DNA of 63,843 nucleotides, filler included, from Reticulomyxa filosa (taxonomy: Eukaryota; Protista; Foraminifera), in assembly GCA_000512085.1 (NCBI GenBank). It is 23 parts of 23 records of this genome, joined end to end, with 100 filler letters (N's around TTAATTAATTAA, not from the genome) between each part and the next. Parts side by side here need not be neighbours in the genome. Positions count along the whole stretch, not along the records: positions 46,599 to 55,475 come from ASPP01000828.1; positions 55,576 to 56,601 come from ASPP01014765.1; positions 56,702 to 60,513 come from ASPP01026455.1; positions 60,614 to 62,128 come from ASPP01019219.1; 19 more parts are not named here. One strand, 5' to 3'. This document shows, piece by piece, positions 51,701-61,779 of this stretch. Within the stretch, counting starts at the first letter, position 1, and each line of letters begins with the position of its first letter. The notes under the pieces are model-generated. The model did not search any database. It was not told the DNA's origin and saw only the letters and a list, made by a program, of their open reading frames with translations. Position numbers and translations under genes: made by a program.

Positions 51701-52816
51701 TTTCAGATATGGTTGCTGTTTATATTTCATTGATCCGGCTAATAACACCAATGGAGATTCTAGTTTATATATCCTCTTTTTATTTTTTGTATGACTTTCC
51801 ACTTCTTCTTTTTCAATTGTGTCGATCCAATCTAATACTTTGGTCTTTACATGTATTGATGTCACCTCACAATTTCCATCTTCTCCTCCCAAAATGTGGA
51901 TGTGTGTCTTGTCGTCATTCAATATTCCAATGCAATCATTCAATGGCATGGGCAATGTGCGTCCAAATTTTGTCCATTTATTTTCATCCATTGAATATTG
52001 ATATACCGCTTTTGAAACAATTGACTTGAAGCCAATGCAATCATTCCATCCACCAAAAAACAAAATAGAATTATAGGTTTGTATATACGCATATCGATAA
52101 AAAGGTAATAAATCACCAAAAACAGATAATTTTTGAAATCTGAATTTGTTTTTATTTTCGTCGTATTCGATCAATAATCCTGTCGCTTTACAAAATAACA
52201 TCAGCTCATACTCTGCTGCTATTTGATCTCTTTTTTTAGGTACAAAGCAATGATACCATATATAATCATCAGTTGGTAAAATACTGTGGTTGACATATTG
52301 AAATGTCTTCAAATTAAACACATCAATATTCTTTGGAGGATATGTAATAATTAATAAATGATTATGTTTTCCGGTAATTATTGTACGTATGCCATGATAA
52401 TTATCTTTTTCTCTTCCAATGAAAACCGGACGGTCGTTCTTATTAACAAAAGGCATCCATTTATTAAAATCTTCAATATTTTTTATTTTAATATTTTTAT
52501 CCCAAACGCTAGTATATTTCATTACCAGCGTATGCTTTTTTTTATTTTCTCCTTGTCCACCGAAAGACAATAACGTGATATAATTTGAATTTTTGTTATC
52601 TTTTATGAGTTCTATCACATTGTGGCCAATCAGTGTAACATTCTTTGGATATGAACAAATAAATTTGTACTGGTTTTTGAGTACATGATAAGAATAACAA
52701 TTCATTTGTTTCCATCCCCCCCAAATAAGGATTTCTTGTTTGTAAAGTACACATTGAGAACGAGTAAGCGGGAAAGGCAAATGAGATAATGTTTCAAAGG
52801 GAGAGAGTGTGTCCAT
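48761..52816 (-). CDS. Kelch-like beta-propeller + inactive caspase-like (C14) domain + about 14 TPR repeats of 42 aa; intronless, about 1351 aa
   Basis: GG-containing Kelch blades (52816-51830); caspase fold PLVLL..Y..L..AQQD..L..LF..FGYQV..DGLIFVWCGYG..KPKIFI (51760-51074); repeats A..Y..LG..Y....YDKAI.YYEKAL.I (50530-48800). Confidence 0.85.
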   Translation of the reverse strand: MDTLSPFETLSHLPFPLTRSQCVLYKQEILIWGGWKQMNCYSYHVLKNQYKFICSYPKNVTLIGHNVIELIKDNKNSNYITLLSFGGQGENKKKHTLVMKYTSVWDKNIKIKNIEDFNKWMPFVNKNDRPVFIGREKDNYHGIRTIITGKHNHLLIITYPPKNIDVFNLKTFQYVNHSILPTDDYIWYHCFVPKKRDQIAAEYELMLFCKATGLLIEYDENKNKFRFQKLSVFGDLLPFYRYAYIQTYNSILFFGGWNDCIGFKSIVSKAVYQYSMDENKWTKFGRTLPMPLNDCIGILNDDKTHIHILGGEDGNCEVTSIHVKTKVLDWIDTIEKEEVESHTKNKKRIYKLESPLVLLAGSMKYKQQPYLKYAQQDLILLQNLFQTKFGYQVFSTYNPQYPVTQSLSLSKLNNFISKRWLNLVDNSNDKKQIFDGLIFVWCGYGNNQDNTLITGDNKSKCFKEIQDVFVKQTDYFAKKPKIFINITYSDEEKGNEDMAADFWYKNSKDIFTIFANIPLKSMTGGLQFENRKRSNFAEIFCQMIEKDINKSLNVIVKHVANTIFDGKFKKNISATYSDIYLSPQLYGNDNKKGMVVIEPLGFQRYWDSNWIRANAEAAKIIEKMIKADKQGLVIVVKNTSEWENIIFPNLIKLNSFIFPLSKFFNNKNKILYKVYGVYVIERKSIIILNDINIDGNMYVVNCEIKCQQNIKITSQLFVTKDATIDRQLRQSILPIQWDTKMNHDISIQLQDLEDKGKELMNNNLLDDSILQLEQYLQLSLNTFGFDHPFVARSYDMIGDVHYEKKDYQQAILYYEKSLKIMLDNVTIDSSYVIILHYNLGLFYSKIEQHDKSIEYYEKSLNSKLKLFGDNPSDIIDWYSALGNAYSNAERFNKAIEYYEKVVKIRLHNCRASQKAIADVFNNLGEACHNKRAYNKAIAYYEKALETYLDIFGFKTVVVANLYNNLAQVYVDKQHCDTAIKYFEKVIEINVSIFGDKNVHITDAYFGLGNAYEKKGESNKAIEYYKKALQMRLDIFGNNNLRVATAHANLADCYMRAQQYDNAIEQYNISIKIRLDIAGTDHLSIANSYCGLGCVYGNSGNYTKSKEYFEKELHVKKSTLGSDHKSVANVYINLGITCRNAREFDKAIEYYEEALKIRLKNFGASHDSVAECYTQLGYFYRAKKQFDKAFTSFEKALEIRLEIFGPNEETVADSYSDLGDTCNRKGLYDKTITYHEKALNIRLHIFGINHDDVVSSYNSLGFAYNNKGSHSECIKYYEKAIQIKRTISKSVNISIGGWCWDLGNTLNSIGEIKKARKYYEEAWEVFDVILGEWNTKTLKAKQKVKELSEAHE

Positions 52817-52875
52817 ATCTTTATTATTTGATAATTTATTGAAATGTAGACAAATAATGTGAATGTTGAAAATTA

Positions 52876-53070
52876 TTTTTGGGGGGACCAAGTTTTGGGA
52901 TATTCGATCAAACAAAAAAGAATTGTATTTAATCAAGGGAAATGAGCAAGGAGAAAAGAGAATTAAGCCTATTAAATTTATACCATTAGAAAATAAAAAC
53001 ATAATGACATTGGCCGTTCTATTAATCTATATTATGATTCATTGAATGGTCTTATTCATATTTGGGGTGA
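52876..53070 (+). pseudogene. WD40-protein C-terminal relic
   Basis: KFWDIRSNKKELYLIKG..IKFIPL..(frameshift)NLYYDSLNGLIHIWG*, same terminus type as 60800-60981. Confidence 0.7.
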
Positions 53071-53363
53071 CTGATTGATCCTTTTAAGTGAATTTGATAA
53101 GAAATTTTTTTCTGGCTACTAATCATTTTAAGTAATTTTCATAAAAATAACTTGCTATTTCTATGGAGATAATGTTAAACAAATAGATTTGCAATGATAC
53201 TGTTTGCATAATAATACTTAACATATACGTATTTAAAGCTTTCTAATTTGTATAGATGATGAATTTTCAAAAGCTGAGCACACAACAATTACGTAATTAC
53301 AGAGCTAATGCATTTAACAAGAATAAAAAATGAATTTTATTTACACAATAAAAACAAAAAGTA

Positions 53364-55475
53364 TCAAAATTTTCCACCACGTTGTTTCACAAGCAATTTT
53401 TGTTGATCTTCCAAACCCTTTACGTTCTTCCAAATACTGTCTTTCATTGATAAACCAATTTGAACACCTACTTTCCAAATATAACCTACAACACTAGTCT
53501 CAGTTACATCAACAATTTTACCATTATTACTGCTCCATAATCTCATTGTCTTATCCATTGAGCATGATACTAGTTTTGAACCATCAGGTGATAAGTGAAT
53601 ACAATTAATATGTTTGTCATGTCCTTCTAATATTTGAACTTGTTTTCCTGAATATGCATCCCATATTCGAATGGTTTTGTCATCTGAATATGAAATAATT
53701 TTCAAGCCATCTGATGAAAATTTTATTCCTCGTACACCACTGGAATGTCCTTCTAGTACTTGAATTTGTTTTCCAGTCAATACATTCCACAATTTAATTG
53801 TACCATCTTTTGAACAAGCTGCAATTGTAGTATCATCTGGAGAAAATTGTACTTCAGTTACATCTTTATATTCAAATAAAAAAAGTTGTCTTCCAGATGA
53901 TATATCCCATACTCGAATTGTCGCGTCCCATGAATATGATACAAATTTAGAACCATCTGATGAAAGTTGAATCCCATCTACAAAATTTTTATGTCCTTCA
54001 AATATCTGAATTTGTTTACTGGATAATGTCTCCCACAATCTAATTGTATTATCCCATGAACAAGATATAATTTTATTTCCATCAGGCAAAAACTTTGCTT
54101 CAATTACATCGGCAGAATGTCCTTCCAATAATCCAATTTGTTTTCCTGAGGATATATCCCATATTCGAATTGTTCTATCATGTGAACATGACACAAGTTT
54201 GGAGCCATCTGGTGAAAATCGTACTTTATAAATCCATCTTGAATGCCCTTTCAATAAGTGGAGTTGTTTTCCTGATAATACATCCCATATTCGGATTGTT
54301 TTATCATCTGAATATGATACAACTTTAGAACCATCTGGTAAAAATAATATTCCATTTATTTCATCGGAATGGCCTTCAAATATTTGAAGCTGTCTTCCTG
54401 ATTGTACATCCCACAATTGTGCTGTTTTATTTTCAGAACCTGATACAATCTTAGAGCCATCAGGGGAAAATTCTAATGTTTTTGTAACACCTGGATATTC
54501 TTCTGTTAACTGAATTTTTCTTTCTAAAGATATATCCCATATTCGAATAGTACTATCATCTGAACATGACAAAATTTTGGACTCCTTTGGAAAAAATTTC
54601 ACAGTAGTTATTTCGCCTGAATGTCCTTCTAATACTTGAATTTGTTTTCCAGATGATACATCCCATAGTCGAATTGTATTGTTTAAACCGGATACAATTT
54701 TGGAACCATCAAATGAAATGCTTGCTGTATTTACAGAATTTGGTTCTTCTAGAACTTGTAGTTGTTTTCCAGACAACAAATCCCATATCCGAATTGTTTT
54801 ATCATTTGAATATGATACAATTTTTGAATCATCTGATGATACTTGAATTCCTCTTATATCATCTGTATGTCCTTCCAATAATTGAAGTTGTTGACCTGAC
54901 AGTGCATCCCATATTCGAATAGTTTTGTCATATGAGAATGATATAATTTTTGATTTATTGGATATGAATTGCACTTCAGCTATCTCACGTGTATGTCCTT
55001 CCAATAATAAAAGTTGTGTTCCAGATAATACATCCCATATTCGAATGGATTTATCATATGAACATGAAACGATTTTAGAGTCATTTGATGAAAATTTCAC
55101 TTTTGTTATCCAATTTGAATGCCCAGTTAATAATTGAATTTGTTTTCCAGACAGTACATCCCATATTCGAATAGTGTTGTCCCATGAACAAGATACAATC
55201 TTAGAATTATCTGATGAAAATTCTGCTGATTCCACAACCCATGAATGTCCTTCCAACAGTTGAGTTTGTTGACCTGATAAAACATCCCATATTCGAGCCG
55301 TTTTATCCGATGAACATGATACAATTTTGGAACCATCGTATGAAAGTTGAACTGTGTTTATTACAGCTGAATGTCCTTCTAGTACGTGAAGTTGTTTTCT
55401 TGATGATATATCCCATATTCGAATAGTGTTATCATTTGAATAAGATACTATTTTTGTTCCATCTGGTGTAAATTG
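53364..55475 (-). CDS. Highly regular WD40 repeat region (at least 15 repeats of about 42 aa) with STAND-WD40-type C-terminal cap; 5' partial, probable NLR-like protein
   Basis: Consensus LEGHSxxIxxVxFSPDGSKIVSCSxDKTIRIWDVLSGKQ; ends GLSMKDSIWKNVKGLEDQQKLLVKQRGG; frame open from contig edge. Confidence 0.88.
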   Translation of the reverse strand, partial: QFTPDGTKIVSYSNDNTIRIWDISSRKQLHVLEGHSAVINTVQLSYDGSKIVSCSSDKTARIWDVLSGQQTQLLEGHSWVVESAEFSSDNSKIVSCSWDNTIRIWDVLSGKQIQLLTGHSNWITKVKFSSNDSKIVSCSYDKSIRIWDVLSGTQLLLLEGHTREIAEVQFISNKSKIISFSYDKTIRIWDALSGQQLQLLEGHTDDIRGIQVSSDDSKIVSYSNDKTIRIWDLLSGKQLQVLEEPNSVNTASISFDGSKIVSGLNNTIRLWDVSSGKQIQVLEGHSGEITTVKFFPKESKILSCSDDSTIRIWDISLERKIQLTEEYPGVTKTLEFSPDGSKIVSGSENKTAQLWDVQSGRQLQIFEGHSDEINGILFLPDGSKVVSYSDDKTIRIWDVLSGKQLHLLKGHSRWIYKVRFSPDGSKLVSCSHDRTIRIWDISSGKQIGLLEGHSADVIEAKFLPDGNKIISCSWDNTIRLWETLSSKQIQIFEGHKNFVDGIQLSSDGSKFVSYSWDATIRVWDISSGRQLFLFEYKDVTEVQFSPDDTTIAACSKDGTIKLWNVLTGKQIQVLEGHSSGVRGIKFSSDGLKIISYSDDKTIRIWDAYSGKQVQILEGHDKHINCIHLSPDGSKLVSCSMDKTMRLWSSNNGKIVDVTETSVVGYIWKVGVQIGLSMKDSIWKNVKGLEDQQKLLVKQRGGKF

Positions 55476-55575
55476 NNNNNNNNNNNNNNNNNNNNNNNNN
55501 NNNNNNNNNNNNNNNNNNNTTAATTAATTAANNNNNNNNNNNNNNNNNNNNNNNNNNNNNNNNNNNNNNNNNNNN

Positions 55576-55894
55576 TGTCCCACTCGCCCGCGCCACACGC
55601 CCGGCAGGGCACGGGATCGGGGCGTCTGACGATGCCGACCACGTGATCCCCGACCGCGAAGCCCGATCCGGCCGGCGCTTGCAGGACGCGGCCCAGCGAT
55701 TCGTGTCCGAGGACGAGGCGTTCGTTGTTCTCAGGCGCCCAGCCGTAGCTTCCGGATATGATTTCGCGATCGGTGCCGCAGATTCCCAGCGCCATTGCCT
55801 GAACCAGCAGTTGATCGGCGCGGACGGCTGGTTCCGGCCGTTCTTCCAGTTGCACTGAGCCCGCTGCACCGGGTTCGACGGTTATGACTTTCAC
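55576..55894 (-). CDS. Bacterial glucose 1-dehydrogenase (Zn-dependent MDR family), N-terminal part
   Basis: GICGTDREI..YG.AP..LVLGHESLGRV..GDHVVGIVRRPDPVPC..C; probable GTG start at 55894; high GC. Confidence 0.88.
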
Positions 55895-55988
55895 GATGGC
55901 TCGTCCCTGGGTGGACAATGGCGGATCAGAAGCGAACGATGGTGCGTTCGTCCGGTTCCCCGTCGAAGATCTGCCAACGTCTCGGATT

Positions 55989-55995
55989 GGAGGAG
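55989..55995 (+). promoter_or_regulatory. Shine-Dalgarno-like sequence
   Basis: GGAGGAG immediately upstream of ATG 55998. Confidence 0.65.
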
Positions 55996-55997
55996 AA

Positions 55998-56601
55998 ATG
56001 AGCGCCAAGATCTACGCCATGACCTGTGGCCGGCTGGTCGGCCGCCTCAAGGACATGATCGAGGGCGAGGACGGGCAGGTGGCGCTGCCCATTCCCTCCT
56101 ACCTGATCGAACACCCCAAAGGCCGGGCTGTGTTCGACACCGGCATGCATCCGCAATGCCGTACTGACGCGGCGGGGCGCATGGGCGCCGGCGTTGCGCG
56201 CATTTTTGGCTTCGAACAGTACGGTCCCGACGACGATGTTAAGTCACGGCTGGAATCGATCGACCGCGATCCCGGCAAGATCGACTTCATCGTGAACAGC
56301 CATCTGCATTTCGACCATGCCGGTGGCAACGAGCTGGTGCCCAATGCCACCATGGTCGTGCAGAAGCGGGAATGGCAGGCCGCTCTGGATCCCGAGACGG
56401 CCGCCAAGGTCGGCTTCTTCCGCGCCGACTTCGATCACGGTCATCCGGTGAAACAGGTCGAGGGCGAGCACGACCTGTTCGGTGACGGTTCCGTGGTCTG
56501 CATCCCGACCTACGGCCATACGCCGGGACATCAATCGCTCAAGGTGCGGACCGAGGTGGGCGAGATCGTCATCACCGGCGACGCCTGCTACTTTTGCCGG
56601 A
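55998..56601 (+). CDS. Bacterial N-acyl homoserine lactonase family metallo-beta-lactamase (AiiA-like), 3' partial
   Basis: PIPSYLIEHPKGRAVFDTG, SHLHFDHAGGN, DLFGDGSV..TYGHTPGHQSL, ITGDACY. Confidence 0.9.
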
Positions 56602-59600
56602 NNNNNNNNNNNNNNNNNNNNNNNNNNNNNNNNNNNNNNNNNNNNTTAATTAATTAANNNNNNNNNNNNNNNNNNNNNNNNNNNNNNNNNNNNNNNNNNN
56701 NTTACTTGGTAATGTACATTCGACAGTATTGCAATATACAAGTATAAAAACATTCACAAATGATCTTTGTTGAATAGTACTTGTAACTTTGCTACTAGAG
56801 GAATGATAATATTCATTGAAATTTGAATTTGAATTTAAATGTATGTTTATGTTGATGTTGATATTGGACAAAAAATAGATGGAAAAAAGGTAAAGAAAAT
56901 GGGACAAAATATGTTGTAGAATACCTATCGACGCTCATCTTGCAACATGTCGTCCAGTTCTTTGCGAGATACTCGGTAGTTCGAATGCAACTGCTTATTC
57001 GCCACTTTGCTTTGCAATTGCTGCAAAAAGTGTAAGTGGTCTCTATACTCAGTCGTCTGTGGCATCACATGCCATTTCTCTTCCTCTTTTTCATTTCTGT
57101 CATCATCTTTGTCTTTGATATATGTTTCACTGTGATTGTTCAATCAAGAGTCCATTGCATTTGTCTTTGTCTGTTTCCGATTTGATATTCTTTGAATTCG
57201 TTGCAAACGACAAACAAGTAAGTCTCGATAGCAGACTCCACCAATTCTATTCTTTGTTATATGCATATATAATTGGAGTTTTCGAAACAACATGACTAAT
57301 TGTACAATGTTCGAACGAAAACAGCTTACTTAAATCTTCATTTTAAATTATAATTGATGCAAAAATGTCATATGTTCATTTTTTTTCTTTTTTTAATCAA
57401 AGCTAGCTTATACCCGTTTCACCTTAAAAATTATATAATTTTTTTAGTTTATTTCTATTAAAACTCATTTTGAAAAAACTATTTACAATATTCTTTTTCT
57501 CTTTTCTGTTTCTATTTGAAAAAAAAAGGAAACATATTTAAAAAAAAAAAAAGTCTTATAATAAAAATAAAAACCCACCATCTTAAAGATGTTGCTTGCT
57601 AATTCAATATTTTATTCGCTTTTGTGTATTAGTTAAAGGAGTATTAGCACAAAGTTGCACTTATATGAGCGGTGACTACAAATTATCGTTGTCATCGGTG
57701 ACAATGTCGTCATGGTACGCAGAAGCACATTTACGTACTACTGGACCCCATGTGCTGACGGTAACGTAATGGATGGAGAAAAGAACAACAACAGCAACTG
57801 CAAAAAGTTGGCATGATGAGACAACTCTAGGGATGCAAGTTACATTCAACAGCCGGAAAATGGACGATCAAATATGCGAATGGAGCAACATGCAACGGAT
57901 CGCAAGAACAACAAAGTTCTTTTTGAGCTTTGGGAGTGACCTAGTTCAGTTAAAAAAAAAAATGAATTTTTTTTTTGAAAAAAAGAAGAAAGAAATGAAC
58001 GATGCTGGAGAATGAAATAACACCAATAAAGAAGTTAATCAAAAAAATGTGGTGAATATCATACAACCAGGTTTTTGTTTTGTTGGATTGTGATAACAAA
58101 TTGTTGTCACAGACAAAGGCACATCGATTGCGAATGTATTGATACTGAAGCGCATCATCGATGGAATGTGGTAAGGGCGGTGATCGGAGCAAATGGTATT
58201 GATAACGGTGGTAAATAGTCTGAAGAAATAGGTAAGCGAATTGACTGAAGGAAAAGACAAGAAGGCAACTGATAAAAGCAAGACCAAGGTATCGTTGTCG
58301 AAATTGGATAAAGCGAATGTATGGAAATGGAATAAACGATTTGATAAAGGAAAAGATCAAAGATAATGAAATAAACTGCGAATTGCGCTTTTTACACGAT
58401 TGCATTCGCGGAGTGAAACGTGATGCAACAAGAAGCTTTACAGTCCGCGGTGGACTCAGAAATGACAAGACGCAAACGAATAATAGTCCATTTGCAGCAT
58501 TCCGCGACAAACACAAACAACACAATGACAGTAATGCATTTGGAAGCCTTTGGAATTGTCTTTGAAAACGCGTAGTGACATTAAAACAAAGACTTTTCCA
58601 GTATAAACATATGACCATCTAACAAATACATCAGGCCATTCAACAAGAGGTCGAGCAAGTCTAGGTCCAAAAAAAGCTTTTGAAAAACAAAAGCAGAAAA
58701 AAAGAAAAAAAACAAAAACTGGCCCCACCAATCCTGATCAAAAAAGACAAAGATAAAGAACACATTTCCTGGATTGGACAAAATTCAGACGTTATTATTG
58801 GATATAATCTTGTTTGACATTTTGACGCTGTCTCATTGAGATAAAGTGTTCTAATTCCAATTGATGGAATTGGAGCAACTCCAAAAAGGAAAAAAATGTA
58901 GCAAGCGATGTTAAAGCATAAACAGTCGAAACAAATGAAATGAATGATGAAAAGACAGACGCACAAGTAGAAGCATTAACAAAACAAGAGGCAGTGGATG
59001 CAAATGTGAAATGGGAAGACACATTGTAACCATTGACTTTTGTGGTGGGAACAGGCCATTGAAACATTATTTAGTACATTTGATGTTATGTATCAATTGC
59101 TCAAAAATAAATTAAAACTTTTGTCTGATATCATTGCTGCAGTAAAAACAAGGTATTGGAAATTCGCAGATCGCAGTCACAAGAGATAAGTACTGAGAAG
59201 GATGCAAAAGCAACGAAAGAGCATCATGAAAAAGGAAGAAAACAAGATCGAAAGAAGAAAACCAAAAAATATGTAGCTGAGATACGTAAATTGACAAAAG
59301 GGTATTCCCAAAAAGATGTAAATAAATAAGTGATATTGCGATTGTTTGGCCTCTTTTCCACCAAAGACGATTTGGCAGATGTGCTGTTGTCACGAGAGTC
59401 GATACTCAAACGCGCAGAAGGTGCACTAATCATCACAATGCAAAGCTATTCCTCTGACTCGAAATAAGAAAAATAGTCGAAAACAAATGAAACATCTTCG
59501 GATTCGCACAAAGTCCATCTGAATATCATTATGTCAATATTTTGTAAGAATTGATTGAATTTTGTGTCAATCAATACGTTACGATATTTACATATATAAA

Positions 59601-60613
59601 TATATATTTGCATGTATATTAAATAGCATACACTTCGCAAATAATAAAAAATTCAGATCAACACATTGGATTGGAGAATGCGTCAAGTGTGTCGGAACAT
59701 AGAGCAATCCAATTGTTAGCTAGATTACAGAAGGACTTAATGTTGAAATCGCAATTGCTTATTCATGACAATGTAGTGACAATAGTCAATGAAGATATCA
59801 AAAAAAAGATTGAAGAGACTTAGCGAAGCTATTTTGTACGCTTACTTCAATTTGCACACATTTTGTTATCTGTAACGACACTGATTATCAAAGAACAGAC
59901 TGACTACATCAAAAGCAAATTAGAACCTGAAGCCGGCAAAGACAAAAGTAATGGATTTGATAAACGGAAGATTTTAGACAAGAAGATGGAGTATCGAATA
60001 AATCGGAATTTTTAAAAGATAGGTTAGCAGTGGAAACTACAGATACAGAGTGGATAGAATTTGAAAATGATTTGTATATGACAATGAGTCAAGTTAATTA
60101 CAATTAAGGACTTGTAATATTATCACTACAAAAAGGAGAATTAGCAACAATACTGTAAGATTGCAGACAATGTCACGTGCATTGAAGATAGCAAAGATTA
60201 CATCAATGTGCTATACACTGTCAACGAAGGCGAATAATTTCATATAAAAACAAGCAAATTGACTGATATAAATCAAAAAAACATCTAAAACATAAGTTTG
60301 TACTATGACTAGTGACAAAGCCAACATCGAAATTATCAAACGAAAGAAAAGCTTACAAAAGAATATAAAGGTAGTTATAATATCAAGACAATGTAAATGA
60401 TGTCATTTTATGTATATAAATCAATCATATGTTGTATCTAAAGGAAAACAATAAGATTCAAAACAAATGCACTAGATATCAAAATTTGTCAATATATCAA
60501 ATGAATACAACTGNNNNNNNNNNNNNNNNNNNNNNNNNNNNNNNNNNNNNNNNNNNNTTAATTAATTAANNNNNNNNNNNNNNNNNNNNNNNNNNNNNNN
60601 NNNNNNNNNNNNN

Positions 60614-60981
60614 ATACAATGGAGGTACTTTGCGTGGAATATCCTCCTTTCAGAAACAATATGTTCGAAAACATATTTTCTTGGAGCACATATTTTCCTT
60701 TCCAAATTAATGATGTAGTATGTTCTGGATCAGAAGATAGCACATATCTTCCTTTCCAAAGTAATGGTGTAGTATGTTCTGGATCAGAAGATAGTACAAT
60801 TTGTTTTTGGGATATTCGAACCAACAGAAAATTTTATAATATTAAAGAAAAAGATGGAGGAATAAGATGTATTGAATTTGTTGCACCAAAGAATAAAAAA
60901 AAAAAATTTATTAATGATGATAATTATAAATACAGTTTATGTTATGGAACATTGAATGGATCAATTTGTATGTGGGGATAA
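60614..60981 (+). CDS. WD40 protein C-terminus with an internal 54-bp tandem duplication, 5' partial
   Basis: VLCVEYPPF..VVCSGSEDSTICFWDIRTN..LCYGTLNGSICMWG*; duplicated units 60685-60738 and 60739-60792. Confidence 0.65.
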
Positions 60982-61779
60982 ATGGATATTTTGATGAGGA
61001 AAAAAACAACGCATTTTGTGAAAGATATTTCCATCATTTTATAAAAATTATTTTCTTTTTTTTTTAATCAAAAATGAAATGAAATAATTTTTTTGTACAG
61101 ATAAAAAAAAGAGTTCAAACTCAAAAATTTACAAAATTTTTCAGTTGTGACGCTTCTTTGCTAAAAGACGATAATTGTTGGTTAACATTCAATGATTATA
61201 TAAATGATGTTAAGCATTTGATATAAAATAAAGTGTAGATAAGGAATCTAAACAATAGTAGCACGTTCAATATTATGATGTTACAAACGGCGTATTTAAT
61301 CATCTTATTTTTATTTCAACTGGATTATTTGCAACTTGTTTGCAAATCAAACAAATGCAATGACCAATTTATTCTTGCGGATTCAATTGCAGCACCCAAT
61401 TTTTGTCAAAGCAACGCTGAACAAAAGGAACTGATGTTATTCTAGTTTCAACAAATCCTTCTTTTTCTTTCATGTTCTCATCTCCAAGCTTGTTCATGTT
61501 TTTGCTTCGTTTACTTTGATTTGTTTGTTTTCTATGTTGTCAGAGATTTATTAATTGATAGAAAATTCGCAAAAATTTTTTTTTAGAATTTTTTTTGTAG
61601 GGCTCCTTCAAAAAGGGGGTAAGAAAAAGAAATAACGTACGCAAAATTGTGTTTATGATATTATATAATTGCAAAATGAAATTGCATTCCTTATTTAAGG
61701 TAAAAGTTCATATTACTCAATACTATTTGCTTTTCATTCAAATGACAATCAATATGTTCAAATCTTTATTTGTTGTTAT

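Noticed and set aside
52817-53002. N-terminal 62 aa of the 1413-aa ORF
   Set aside because: Mostly the antisense of a WD40 relic; Kelch homology starts at ATG 52816
55884-55997. N-terminal extensions of the two bacterial ORFs suggesting overlapping genes
   Set aside because: Homology and SD position support starts at 55998 (+) and 55894 (-), which do not overlap
55576-56601. Horizontal transfer of bacterial genes next to the WD40 gene
   Set aside because: Separated by spacers on both sides; no physical linkage
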